The notes beneath the pieces are model-generated. The model was given only the letters and a program-made list of their open reading frames with translations, made no database searches and was not told the origin of the DNA. The translations under genes were made by a program, and so were the position numbers. Of a DNA stretch of 64,000 nt, positions 38,955-49,143 are shown in pieces (the first letter of the stretch is position 1; each line of letters begins with the position of its first letter). This DNA comes from Calditrichales bacterium (GTDB lineage: Bacteria; Calditrichota; Calditrichia; Calditrichales; J004). The stretch is from contig OZ254086.1 of the NCBI GenBank assembly GCA_965267575.1, forward strand, positions 3,488,001 through 3,552,000, read 5' to 3'.

Positions 38955-39818
38955 TCAATATGCATAGTTATAGTCTTTAAATTTGTATACACCGGGGTCT
39001 GTAGTTTTAATAAAACAAAAGAAATAGCCATGTTTTTCGTTAAAAATATCAATGTATTCAACCTTGCCAGCGACAAAAGAAAATTTATTTTTTTTTTCAA
39101 GTACCTGTAATGTATCATAATGAAATACATGAGCAATATCTGCTTTGGTTAGCGCTCCCCTTGTATTTGCTCCGATTACCGGCACAAGATCATTAATCTT
39201 GCTAAAGCTTGAAGGTGGGACAAAGCTCGAATCGCTGATAAATGTCCCATAATAGATTTTTGTATGGTATGAAGGCGACATTCCAAAATTACTAACAGAG
39301 AACCTCCATCTGTTGTTTGAGTGGGCTTTTATGCCACTTAAGACGACATATGGCCTTATTGCATATTTCATTGACTGCTCAGCAATATCGGATTGCCTGT
39401 ATGCAAAAACGGCTGCAGCCAACGATATTAATAGTCCGATAAAAGTAATAAGATCTTTACGAATCCATTTTCTTTCATCTCGGATATCCGATCTGAGCTT
39501 TGCGATTCCTTTATTGGTTAGTAGTTTTCTTGGACTTACATACTGTCCCTCATACCACATTTCTTTATCGTTTAATTCTGGCAATGGTAATATTAATTTA
39601 GCAGCTTTATGAGAGTACCATTTAGTTAACAAAACCGACATTTCTTCTCTAATAAATTTGTCTTCAAAAAAGGCATCGCTTTCTATTTTTGCGATTTCTA
39701 AGTCGCTTAAATCTTTTTTACGGGCCTCCCTAATTTCAGAATCATAAATACTTTTTAAATTTTTCTTTTTATTGATAAGTGACCTTAAACGCCAGCGATA
39801 TTTTAGATAATTTATCAT
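38955..39818 (-). CDS. AT-rich hypothetical membrane protein
   Basis: Long ORF, central TM helix, visibly AT-rich relative to both neighbours. Confidence 0.65.
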   Translation of the reverse strand: MINYLKYRWRLRSLINKKKNLKSIYDSEIREARKKDLSDLEIAKIESDAFFEDKFIREEMSVLLTKWYSHKAAKLILPLPELNDKEMWYEGQYVSPRKLLTNKGIAKLRSDIRDERKWIRKDLITFIGLLISLAAAVFAYRQSDIAEQSMKYAIRPYVVLSGIKAHSNNRWRFSVSNFGMSPSYHTKIYYGTFISDSSFVPPSSFSKINDLVPVIGANTRGALTKADIAHVFHYDTLQVLEKKNKFSFVAGKVEYIDIFNEKHGYFFCFIKTTDPGVYKFKDYNYAY

Positions 39819-39891
39819 TGTCTTCAACCAGATTGAACGATATCAAATAATACAGTAAATTTTGCTTAATATCTAACAAGAAAGCGTTATA

Positions 39892-42828
39892 ATGAAACTC
39901 CTCCTTCTCACCCTCATCCTCGCCGGCGCCATCTGCGCCCAAAGCACGCCGTCCGTCGTGATAAACGAGCTGCAGGCGGCTAACAGTAGCACCATCAGCG
40001 ATCCCGATTTTGGGGAGCAGGGCGACTGGATTGAGCTGTACAATACGGGCAGCAGCACGATCGATCTGGGCGGCTGGTTTTTGACCGATGACCCGGCCGA
40101 GCCGCTGCAGTGGCAAATCCCTGCGGGGACGAGCATCCGTCCGGGCTGGCATGCGCTGTTCTGGGCCGATGGTTACAACACAGGCCGCCACACCAATTTC
40201 AGCCTGTCGCGGGATGGCGAGTTTGTGGGGCTATACGCGGCGGACAGCAGCCTGGTGGATTCGCTCTCCTTTGGTCCGCAACAGGATGATTTTTCCTATG
40301 GCCGTTCACCGGATGGTGGAGACGCCTTTTTGATCTTTGACCAGCCCACACCGGCAACGGCGAACGCGGCGCAGGGTTACCAGGGTGTGGCCGGGGCGGT
40401 GACCTTTTCGCAAACGGGCGGCTTTTACAGCGGCAGCCAAAGCATCGTGCTGAGTACCGCGCATGTTGATGAAGACATCCATTATACCATAAACGGTGCC
40501 GTGCCCACGCAACAATCGGCCAAATTCCGTGCTGTTGTGCAGCTGGATACGACATCGGTCATAAGGGCGCGCGCTTTCCGCGACGGCTACCTGCCCGGGC
40601 CGGTGATCACCCACACTTATCTGATCAATGAGCAGGTGACGCTGCCGGTGGTCAGCATCGCCACGGACCCGGCCAACCTGTGGGACGATGAGACGGGCAT
40701 CTACGTGGAAGGCACCAATGGCATCCCCGGTTACTGCACCAGCCAGCCGCGCAACTGGAACCAGCCGTGGGAGAAGCCGGCGCACGTGGAGATGTTCGAG
40801 ACGGACGGTACACCGGGTTTCAGGCTGGATGCCGGTATCCAGATCGGTGGCGGCTGCACGCGGCTTTACCCGCAGAAATCGCTGGCGGTTTACGCCCGTG
40901 CCGAGTATGGCGCGGCTAAAATCAACTATAAGATCTTTGCCGATAAGGAAATCGACACCTTTAACAATGTTTTACTGCGCAACAACGGCCAGGACTGGTG
41001 GCGGGCTATGCACCGCGACGGCCTGATGCAGACCATCGTCAAGGATCGCATGGACATCGACTGGCAGGCTTACCGTCCGGCGCTGCTGTTTCTCAACGGC
41101 GCTTACTGGGGCGTCCACCCCATGCGCGAAAAGCACAACGAGCACTACCTGGCGGCCAACCACGGCCTGGATGATTCCGACGCCATCGACATCCTGACCA
41201 ACAACGCCAACGTCAAACAGGGCTCGGCCGATCTGTACGAGGCGATGATCGATTTTGTGGAGACGCACGACCTGTCACAGACGGAGAATTACGACTACAT
41301 GCGCGGGCAGATGGACATAAACGAATACCTCAACTATGTCATTGCCGAAATCTATTTTGCCAACATCGACTGGCCGGGGGGCAACATCAAATACTGGCGC
41401 GCGCACGGTGAAGGCAACAAATGGCGCTGGATTATTTTTGACACCGACCTGGGTTTTGGCGCCCACGGCCGCGGCGAATACGACAGCAACACCTTGGAGA
41501 ACGCCACCTCGGAAACGGAAACCTATTATGCCAATCCGCCGTGGTCCACGCTGCTGCTGCGCTCGCTGCTGGAAAATGACGACTTCCGCACGCGCTTTAT
41601 CCAGCGTTTCGCCATGCACCTGAACACGACTTTTGCGCCGGTACGGGTGCTGCAAATCGCCGACAGCATCCGCGGGGATATCGCGCCGGAGATGCCGAGG
41701 CACATTGCCAAGTGGCCCAAATCCACCTCGTTCAGCGGCGGCTGGCAATACCACATCGATAAGATCAACGAATTTGCCGAAAAACGCCCGGGCTACGTTT
41801 TTAACCATATCCGCCAGAAATTCGGTCTCAGCGGCAACGCCCAACTACGTTTAACCCTAAACGATTCCATTATGGGCCGTGTGCTGATCAACGGTGTGGA
41901 TACACGCAGCGCCGATTTTGAAGGCACCTTTTTTAAGGACGTGCCTATCCGGCTGAAGGCGATACCCGCTCCCGGCTACCGTTTTGCCGGCTGGCAGGGC
42001 GCGTCGCAAAGCATGCAGGATTCGATTGGCCTGACCTTGAGCGCGGATGCAGATCTGCAGGCGGTATTTAACAAAAGCAGCGATGCCGGTCTGCGCATCA
42101 ATGAATTCATGGCGTTGAACAACAGCACCATCACCGACCCCGAAGGCAGCTACGAAGACTGGATCGAGTTGTACAATTTTTCCGCTGAAGCCATCGATGT
42201 GGGCGGTCTTTACATCACCGATGATCTGCAGCAGCCGCAGAAGTGGCAGATCCCGGCCACGCAACCGGACAGCACCACCATCGCGCCGGGCGGTTTTCTG
42301 CTGCTCTGGGCCGATGAAGATACCGGCGACGGCGTACTGCACCTGGACATCAAACTCAGCGGCAACGGCGAAGAACTGGGCATCGGCCAGATGACAGACA
42401 GCGGCTTTACCTGGATTGACACACTGGTGTTTGGCGCGCAAACGGCCGATGTCTCCTACGGCCGCTATCCCGATGGCAGCGGTGATTTCACCGTTTTGGG
42501 CCATCCTACGCCGGGCAGCAGCAACATTCTCACCGCCGTGGATGAAAAGACGCCGCAGCTGCCCCAAACGACACAGTTGCTGCCCAATTATCCCAACCCC
42601 TTCAACCCGACCACGACCATTCGCTACAACCTGGCCCACGCCGGTCACGTTACGCTTGCCGTTTACGATATCAGCGGGCGTAACATTGTCACATTGCTGG
42701 ATGGCCGTCAGAACAGGGGAGAGCACAGCGTGGTTTTTGATGCATCGGAGTTGCCCAGCGGGTTGTATGTGGTTACGTTAAGGAATGGCGGAATTTCTCA
42801 AAGTAAAAAGATGCTGCTTTTGAGGTAA
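39892..42828 (+). CDS. CotH-family kinase with two lamin-tail domains, chitobiase-like Ig and C-terminal sorting domain
   Basis: 'VINE.QA.N..DWIELYN' twice, 'PQKSL', 'NIDWPGGN...WRWIIFDTD', NYPNPFNP tail. Confidence 0.9.
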   Translation: MKLLLLTLILAGAICAQSTPSVVINELQAANSSTISDPDFGEQGDWIELYNTGSSTIDLGGWFLTDDPAEPLQWQIPAGTSIRPGWHALFWADGYNTGRHTNFSLSRDGEFVGLYAADSSLVDSLSFGPQQDDFSYGRSPDGGDAFLIFDQPTPATANAAQGYQGVAGAVTFSQTGGFYSGSQSIVLSTAHVDEDIHYTINGAVPTQQSAKFRAVVQLDTTSVIRARAFRDGYLPGPVITHTYLINEQVTLPVVSIATDPANLWDDETGIYVEGTNGIPGYCTSQPRNWNQPWEKPAHVEMFETDGTPGFRLDAGIQIGGGCTRLYPQKSLAVYARAEYGAAKINYKIFADKEIDTFNNVLLRNNGQDWWRAMHRDGLMQTIVKDRMDIDWQAYRPALLFLNGAYWGVHPMREKHNEHYLAANHGLDDSDAIDILTNNANVKQGSADLYEAMIDFVETHDLSQTENYDYMRGQMDINEYLNYVIAEIYFANIDWPGGNIKYWRAHGEGNKWRWIIFDTDLGFGAHGRGEYDSNTLENATSETETYYANPPWSTLLLRSLLENDDFRTRFIQRFAMHLNTTFAPVRVLQIADSIRGDIAPEMPRHIAKWPKSTSFSGGWQYHIDKINEFAEKRPGYVFNHIRQKFGLSGNAQLRLTLNDSIMGRVLINGVDTRSADFEGTFFKDVPIRLKAIPAPGYRFAGWQGASQSMQDSIGLTLSADADLQAVFNKSSDAGLRINEFMALNNSTITDPEGSYEDWIELYNFSAEAIDVGGLYITDDLQQPQKWQIPATQPDSTTIAPGGFLLLWADEDTGDGVLHLDIKLSGNGEELGIGQMTDSGFTWIDTLVFGAQTADVSYGRYPDGSGDFTVLGHPTPGSSNILTAVDEKTPQLPQTTQLLPNYPNPFNPTTTIRYNLAHAGHVTLAVYDISGRNIVTLLDGRQNRGEHSVVFDASELPSGLYVVTLRNGGISQSKKMLLLR
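42583..42768 (+). repeat. Sorting-domain DNA duplication, copy A
   Basis: 164/186 nt identical to 43580-43765 by manual codon alignment, no gaps. Confidence 0.9.
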
Positions 42829-42853
42829 AAGTCTCCCCCGCAAAGGAGGCGTT

Positions 42854-43825
42854 ATGAAAATATCTGTTTTGTGTTTTGTAATGATTTTCTCCGTTTCTGT
42901 CGCGCTTGCTCAACTGGTAGAAACGCTGGCACTATATAAGCCAAATGCGCCCCCGGTGACATACCACTATCAATATGAAGAATTTGATGATTGGGCTTAT
43001 AACGATACGACCAGAGTTTTTGAATCGATCAATTCCTACAAAACAGTTTATACGGACAGTATTGTCGCTACAGGCAAAGACTCCGTCACCTACTTTTTGA
43101 CGATCGAAGAAGAGGGCCTAAGGACCATTGAAAACAGCCAACGTGTCATTGAAAGAACAAATTTTACCGAAACGTCTCATGCCCGGATAATAAAGACAAA
43201 AAAATCGGAAGGCGCCGGTTCATATCGAATTAGAGGCTGGATTTTTCCCGATTCAACCTACCACTCTACCATTTGCCTTTATGACTCCGGTTTTGTCGCT
43301 TACCCGTATAAACATGTATATAATCTCTATGATGTTTCAGCGGATGACTCTTTAGAAATAAAAAACCATGCTGTCTATATTACGGTAAGACCTTATATGT
43401 TGAATGATTGCCTGGATAATTTTTATGAAGAACAGCATGTAGTTTCCGCTATTTATGGCCTGGTCGAATATCGCAGGTATTATTGGTATCACGCTCAGGG
43501 ATTTGATGAATCATATGATTTCGTTATAATCGATGATATTGATGCTCCGGCAAAAACTCCTGAGAATATTATTCTTTACCCGAACTATCCCAATCCCTTC
43601 AACCCGGCTACGACCATTCGCTACAACCTGGCCCGCGCTGGCCACGTTACGCTTGCCGTTTATGATATCAGCGGCCGCACTATTGAAACGCTGCTGGATG
43701 GCCGCCAAAACAGGGGAGAGCACAGCGTTGTTTTTAATGCATCGGAGTTGCCCAGCGGGGTGTATTTCTATGTTCTGCGCAGTGGGGCGTTTAAGCAATC
43801 GCGTAAGATGGTGCTGCTGAGGTAG
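42854..43825 (+). CDS. Secreted hypothetical protein with C-terminal sorting domain
   Basis: RBS aggagg, signal peptide, Tyr-rich unknown domain, NYPNPFNP...KMVLLR. Confidence 0.8.
   Translation: MKISVLCFVMIFSVSVALAQLVETLALYKPNAPPVTYHYQYEEFDDWAYNDTTRVFESINSYKTVYTDSIVATGKDSVTYFLTIEEEGLRTIENSQRVIERTNFTETSHARIIKTKKSEGAGSYRIRGWIFPDSTYHSTICLYDSGFVAYPYKHVYNLYDVSADDSLEIKNHAVYITVRPYMLNDCLDNFYEEQHVVSAIYGLVEYRRYYWYHAQGFDESYDFVIIDDIDAPAKTPENIILYPNYPNPFNPATTIRYNLARAGHVTLAVYDISGRTIETLLDGRQNRGEHSVVFNASELPSGVYFYVLRSGAFKQSRKMVLLR
43580..43765 (+). repeat. Sorting-domain DNA duplication, copy B
   Basis: See copy A. Confidence 0.9.
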
Positions 43826-43844
43826 ACGTATTCAGGAGAGTATT

Positions 43845-44405
43845 ATGAAAAGGATATTGGCCGTTTGCTTTATTGTTCTCTTTGCGAGCCAGGGTAATGC
43901 CATGGGCATAAAAATGCAGCGCACCTTTTCCAAAGACGCGTTGATCCAGTCCAAACCGACAGTGCTTTCCTATGACAGTTGCCGGTTTGACCCTACGGAT
44001 TTGCAGGCCCAATCTACAGGTTGGCACTTATCGAAGGGAGTGAAGTACGGTTTTTTATATGGCGGGGCAGCGGGACTGGCTTCATTGGCGATAACTGCTG
44101 CGGTAGACGGCTCAGATGGTATTACAGATTTGACCTTTCCATTCCTTATGGCCTGGATAGGTTATATTTACGGTAGTGCCCATGGTATTTACAAATATGG
44201 CGTGGATGAACTGACGGAGGGTAATTTTGGAGCAACGCTGTTTGGAGCAATTGTCGGGAGCGCCATATTTATCATACCGGCACCCGTTGGCGCGCTGGTG
44301 GCATTTAATATGACTAAAAAACCCAAAAGTCAGAAAATGCCTCTATCTCATCGGGCAAACAGATCTTCCTATGTCAAGATTATTTATTTCAGCCTTGCGC
44401 TTTAA
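43845..44405 (+). CDS. Hypothetical Gly-rich membrane protein
   Basis: RBS aggag, signal peptide, glycine-zipper-like helices. Confidence 0.65.
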   Translation: MKRILAVCFIVLFASQGNAMGIKMQRTFSKDALIQSKPTVLSYDSCRFDPTDLQAQSTGWHLSKGVKYGFLYGGAAGLASLAITAAVDGSDGITDLTFPFLMAWIGYIYGSAHGIYKYGVDELTEGNFGATLFGAIVGSAIFIIPAPVGALVAFNMTKKPKSQKMPLSHRANRSSYVKIIYFSLAL

Positions 44406-44436
44406 AAGCAGATTTGTCGAGGTGCGGCAAAGCTTA

Positions 44437-46251
44437 TCAGCGCAGTATCATCATACGGATGGTGCGATTTATGCCTTCTCCCGCAAGTCGTAAAAAATAG
44501 ACCCCGGTTGGAAGGGCTTCTCCCTCGTCATTACGTCCATCCCAGGTAAAATCATGTTCCCCGGCGTCAAAATATGCTGTGGCCAGTGATCGTATTTTTT
44601 GACCACGTACGTCGTAAACATCGAGAGTAAGCCTGGCCGCATCTTTCAAAGAAAAAGAAATGTGTGTCGCGGGGTTAAACGGATTAGGAAAGTTTGGCTT
44701 TAAAGAAATCCGTTCCGGGATAACAGCCGGGATAACCTGCGCAAAAGCGACTGTGTTGACCTTTCCGCTAAAATCAACCTGGTCCAGCCTGTAATAAACC
44801 GTGCCTGTAGTATCGGCGTTAAAATCCATGTAATCGTAGTATCTGCTGCCACTGCTATTGGCGCTGCCCGGAATTTCAACTATGGGTATATAGGCCCTTT
44901 GCAGTCCTGTCTTTCGCAAAAGTCGCCATTTCCAATTATTAATCTCTGAATAGGTACTCCATTCAAGATGTACATATCCGTCGTAACTCCTAGCCGTAAA
45001 AAGCTCCAGAAATACGGGCAGCGACGCGTCGGGATCCGTAATAAAATTGGTCCATATCTCTGAAGTGGAAGTGTTTTCTGCGGCTACAAGTATATCGAGT
45101 CCGGGTTGATCCAGATACTGATACGAAAGGGTAGCATTATTAAAGTTGTTGCTGCCATTTTCAATAACCACATTCCAGTCGCCTGCAGTTACATTTTTCA
45201 AATTATTTTTGTCAAGAAGTACATATTGGATTTTTGAGGATACGGTCGCGCATACGATGAGCGTCGTGTCTGTAATTCCCAATGAAGGCCGTGTGCCGCT
45301 GTTCGCCTGCAATGTATAGGAGCTCCACGACCCTGCGGCGCTGCGTTTAAAAAGATAAAAAGTGGGCGTGCTGTTACCATGTTTGCCAATCATATAAAGG
45401 TTGTTATTTCCATCACGTACAATATTCGCATGGTCGTCAGCATCGGGATCAATTGGCAGCGATTCCGCAACCCAATTAGATGGCGTTGAAGGCGAGAGAT
45501 TGTCTGCCAGGCGGAAAAAGCGAAAATTTTTGTCACCGCTTCCCTCGCCAATAAATAACCCAATCTGGTCAGTTCCACTATATTTAAAAGCAATGGCGTC
45601 GGTAAGTGTGCTGTTATCAATGCCGGACACAATCTGAAATGTACTCCATGTTGTTCCGCCGTTGCTGCTATGTAGGCCTTTAAGCGCATTATCACTAACG
45701 TAGAAAACGAACAAATCGCCATCGAACGCCTGGGTAAGGCAAGCCGGGTCATCGCCAATTACGTTTTCCAGGTTTATCATAACCGGAAAGCCGCTGTCCA
45801 GCGTCCAACTGCCGGAAGAATAGCTCATCCTTGAAAATTTTTCATCCCCGCGGGAAACCACTATATAAAGTTTGCCACTTTGCTCATTTACAAAAGCATC
45901 CGCACTGGAAACACCGCTAATACCGGTGAAAGCATTTGCCGACCAGCTGCCGCCGTCATATTTATAAACAAACCAATTCCCCGATGTTGTTTTAAAAATG
46001 CCCCACCAAAATCCATCATAATAGACAACCTGGCTTTGATTGGCTTTTTCAATATCATCAGAAACGCCACTGACCACCTGCCCGGCGTTTAGCGCGCTAT
46101 TGCCCGCCACTGTCCGGCCAAAAAACACCAGACAAAGTAAAGCCACAAACTGCCATTTAATCAGTTTTGGGATTGTACGTTTAGAATGAATTTGTCCGCT
46201 TGGAAAACAGGTTTTTAACAATGTTGCCCTTGATTTTTGCGGCGATCTCAT
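44437..46251 (-). CDS. Secreted beta-propeller-like protein with C-terminal sorting domain (start uncertain)
   Basis: BNR-like 'SSNGGTTW', 'LPVFLELFTA' linker, NFPNPFNP...RMMILR. Confidence 0.75.
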   Translation of the reverse strand: MRSPQKSRATLLKTCFPSGQIHSKRTIPKLIKWQFVALLCLVFFGRTVAGNSALNAGQVVSGVSDDIEKANQSQVVYYDGFWWGIFKTTSGNWFVYKYDGGSWSANAFTGISGVSSADAFVNEQSGKLYIVVSRGDEKFSRMSYSSGSWTLDSGFPVMINLENVIGDDPACLTQAFDGDLFVFYVSDNALKGLHSSNGGTTWSTFQIVSGIDNSTLTDAIAFKYSGTDQIGLFIGEGSGDKNFRFFRLADNLSPSTPSNWVAESLPIDPDADDHANIVRDGNNNLYMIGKHGNSTPTFYLFKRSAAGSWSSYTLQANSGTRPSLGITDTTLIVCATVSSKIQYVLLDKNNLKNVTAGDWNVVIENGSNNFNNATLSYQYLDQPGLDILVAAENTSTSEIWTNFITDPDASLPVFLELFTARSYDGYVHLEWSTYSEINNWKWRLLRKTGLQRAYIPIVEIPGSANSSGSRYYDYMDFNADTTGTVYYRLDQVDFSGKVNTVAFAQVIPAVIPERISLKPNFPNPFNPATHISFSLKDAARLTLDVYDVRGQKIRSLATAYFDAGEHDFTWDGRNDEGEALPTGVYFLRLAGEGINRTIRMMILR

Positions 46252-47488
46252 GTGTCGGGATATCCGTTTTAATGTGTAAAGCCGGCAAATGCTGAAGTGT
46301 TTTCGTGTAAAGCTGATGAAAAAGCGAAATCTCTTCCTTATTCAGTTGCGGCTTACGTTCTATAATTGATTGTGGATCGTTGTAGAGATATATCACACAA
46401 TCCGGTCGCGGAAACATACGACAAATAAGGTAGCGGAAAAATTTAAATTTTTTTACCGGTCTTTTTTTGTAGATATGGCGCAAATCATACACGTATCGAT
46501 CGGACAATACAACCTGGCCTTTTGTCAAAGCCGGCCGGACATATTTTATATAACGATACCACAATTCCAAATAGGTCAATAAATAGTAAAGCCACCCTTT
46601 AGTCAATCTTTTAATTAACAAGAGCGGATTGCGTATGGACAAATCTTCATCCGCGGGCAAAACAAGCTTATACTTTTTGGCCAGTTTGTAAAAGCCGGAT
46701 TTCGTTTGTCCCCAGGGGCCCATATAAACCACATGGTGTTTAACGCCCTTTGTTGCCCGCAACCTGTTTTCCACAGCTTCAATTGTCGTGCTTTTACCCG
46801 CGCCGTCAACACCCAAAAAGGCAAAATGCGTTCCCCGGTTTTTTGAAAATAAGCGTTTAAGTACACCGCCGGTTTTATGTTTAGGTTGCACGCTTGCGTT
46901 ATTCATACTGCTGATTATTTGATCGAAAACGTCAACCGTTTTTTGCGAAACGTGATCATATTCCTCCGGGCTGTTCAGGAAGCTTTCAAACGGATTTTGC
47001 AAAGCAGGGTTAAGCATTCGTTTTATATAGCCGGTGTCCAGGTCTTTTTCGGACAAGCCTTTAACTGCCTGAAGGTGTTTGGGCTGAAGGTGTTTTTTGC
47101 CAATGAAATTATGAAAAAAATAATGCAAAAGTTGATCTTCGGTTGAAAGACGAGAATAACCTTGACCATCCTTCACGATACGAGATAAAGCCTTATTAAG
47201 CTCCATGTACTTTACACCATTCTGGATAAAGGCATAGTGAATATCCAGAAAATAGAGCGAATCATCGTGCAAGGCGGCGACAACTTCTTTATCCCGCGCG
47301 CGTTGTCTCCAACTTGAAAATGAGTGTTCTGTTAATACAGAGATAAAGTCTTTGCGTTGGGAAGGGTTAACCAAAATATCTAGCTCATATAGTTCAGCCG
47401 AGGCAGGCTCATCGTCGCGAAGAAGGCAATATTGTATGCCACTCTCTTCTAAGGATTTAAGCAGGGAAACAAAAGGATTGGTGGACAT
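46181..47488 (-). CDS. Fusion of a nucleotidyltransferase-like N-terminus and a thymidylate-kinase-like P-loop domain
   Basis: 'YCLLRD...ELDILV'; 'GVDGAGKST', 'SDRYVYD', 'PRPD'. Confidence 0.65.
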   Translation of the reverse strand: MSTNPFVSLLKSLEESGIQYCLLRDDEPASAELYELDILVNPSQRKDFISVLTEHSFSSWRQRARDKEVVAALHDDSLYFLDIHYAFIQNGVKYMELNKALSRIVKDGQGYSRLSTEDQLLHYFFHNFIGKKHLQPKHLQAVKGLSEKDLDTGYIKRMLNPALQNPFESFLNSPEEYDHVSQKTVDVFDQIISSMNNASVQPKHKTGGVLKRLFSKNRGTHFAFLGVDGAGKSTTIEAVENRLRATKGVKHHVVYMGPWGQTKSGFYKLAKKYKLVLPADEDLSIRNPLLLIKRLTKGWLYYLLTYLELWYRYIKYVRPALTKGQVVLSDRYVYDLRHIYKKRPVKKFKFFRYLICRMFPRPDCVIYLYNDPQSIIERKPQLNKEEISLFHQLYTKTLQHLPALHIKTDIPTHEIAAKIKGNIVKNLFSKRTNSF

Positions 47489-47499
47489 ATTTGCCGAAT

Positions 47500-49143
47500 T
47501 TAGTTAGATGTAAATTTTTTATGAAAGTGGTTGATGACTGTTATTACGTTTTTATCTATCCAAACCTTATCATTGTAATCACGGTATGTCATCAGCTTGT
47601 AAATGCGGTCAAGCCAATATATTGCGACAAGCATTTCAGGGTCAATGGGTGTAGTCGCGGTCTTTTTAAAATATAGATTAAAAGAAGGCAAAAACTCGCT
47701 GGGGAAATGTTGCAAATTTAAAACAAAAGGTGCTAATCTATACTTTGTTAAATAGTTGTGACGAATGCTATCCATAAAAAGGCAGGAAAGGTCAAATAAA
47801 TTTAACTCATCAAATTCACCCATATCCCAATCAATCACACCTTTTAGTTCGCCATTTTTCTCAAAAATGCAGTTTTCAATTTTGAAGTCACCATGACATA
47901 TGCCCGCCATGGCGGTTTTGCCAAGAAGGGTTGCCCGCAATTTTTCGGATAGTAATTCAAAGCTATTCTGGATTGATTTTTCACAACCGCTTTTACGTTG
48001 TATAATTTTTATTTTGCCTGCCAGGTATTTGTCAAAAGTACTTTCGTCAATTGAGATTTGACGGGCACAATTTTCGTTTAGTTTAAGCAGGGCGTTAAGG
48101 GCTTGATCGTGAAGCTTAATAATCTTTTTACCGGGCTTTATAAAAAGCTGTCTTTGATTGTGGTGACCTTTAATTCGATTTTCAATGAAATAGGGCAATC
48201 CACTTTGTGTATTTATGCTAACAGGCTGAGGTACATTTCTTACACCGCTTTTATTAATCTCTTTTAATAGATCGTATTGCTTGTTTAGCCTGCTTAGCGC
48301 GGTGGGAGTAAGCGGAAGACGAATAATGCATTGCTTGCTTTTCGTAACCAGCTCCAGCAAAAGAATATTTGTTCCTGAAATAAAAAATTGTCTTATAGCC
48401 CGGTTATAATCTACTGCCGCGGGGTCATCGTGCCACGTATTTTTTATTATTTCCTGTATTATGCCAATAGAAGTATTCGTTTTTTCAGGATTTTTTTTAG
48501 CGAAGATGATGCTTTGTTGTGGGATAAGATAAAAATATCCTGCTTTTTTTATTACTCTTTTTATGCCGTTTGCATCGTCCCATGGCAACTGTGTTTTAAA
48601 GCCCCTTCTTACGAGGCGGCGTGGCTTATGAAGTCCGGGATCTACAAAAAAGAACCAATTTATATTGAGCCTGTTTTTTAGGTATCTGAAATAAGAGTCA
48701 TCATTTATTGTTTTTGAATTTTGAATAAGTCCGAAATTCCATAGCAGCTTTTTAACAGTATCACGCTTTTTTTTGCGCCAATTAAAAATTACAACGTCGC
48801 CGTTTTCTTTCACCAAATCGGTCAGTCGGTTAAATGCCGTATTAGACAGTGGCTTTCGTTTATCAATAACTAGGACGTCAAACTTTTCATTTTCAGGGAA
48901 GTCACTTTTTCCATAAATGCGAATGTCTTTAGCCTGAGGCATCTTTTGGGCAATATCTTCCGTAGACATTTCCGGCATCAAAAAAGTTATTTCTCGTCCA
49001 AACAGCTCAAAATTAAGATTTGTCCGTTCCTTGAAATCCGAGACAATCAAGACTTTTTTGGAGGAAGAGCTGTTTACGAAAAAAAAGATAAAGTTGAATG
49101 CCCAATCTCTGTTTAAAAATTCCATTTTACCACCCAATTCCAT
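47500..49143 (-). CDS. APH/choline-kinase-like phosphotransferase with long N-terminal extension
   Basis: HGDFKIEN Brenner motif, 'GVIDWD'. Confidence 0.7.
   Translation of the reverse strand: MELGGKMEFLNRDWAFNFIFFFVNSSSSKKVLIVSDFKERTNLNFELFGREITFLMPEMSTEDIAQKMPQAKDIRIYGKSDFPENEKFDVLVIDKRKPLSNTAFNRLTDLVKENGDVVIFNWRKKKRDTVKKLLWNFGLIQNSKTINDDSYFRYLKNRLNINWFFFVDPGLHKPRRLVRRGFKTQLPWDDANGIKRVIKKAGYFYLIPQQSIIFAKKNPEKTNTSIGIIQEIIKNTWHDDPAAVDYNRAIRQFFISGTNILLLELVTKSKQCIIRLPLTPTALSRLNKQYDLLKEINKSGVRNVPQPVSINTQSGLPYFIENRIKGHHNQRQLFIKPGKKIIKLHDQALNALLKLNENCARQISIDESTFDKYLAGKIKIIQRKSGCEKSIQNSFELLSEKLRATLLGKTAMAGICHGDFKIENCIFEKNGELKGVIDWDMGEFDELNLFDLSCLFMDSIRHNYLTKYRLAPFVLNLQHFPSEFLPSFNLYFKKTATTPIDPEMLVAIYWLDRIYKLMTYRDYNDKVWIDKNVITVINHFHKKFTSN

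Noticed and set aside
42583..43765. Possible DGR template/variable repeat pair
   Set aside because: Mismatches are mostly synonymous and not adenine-specific; both copies are coding; no reverse transcriptase present
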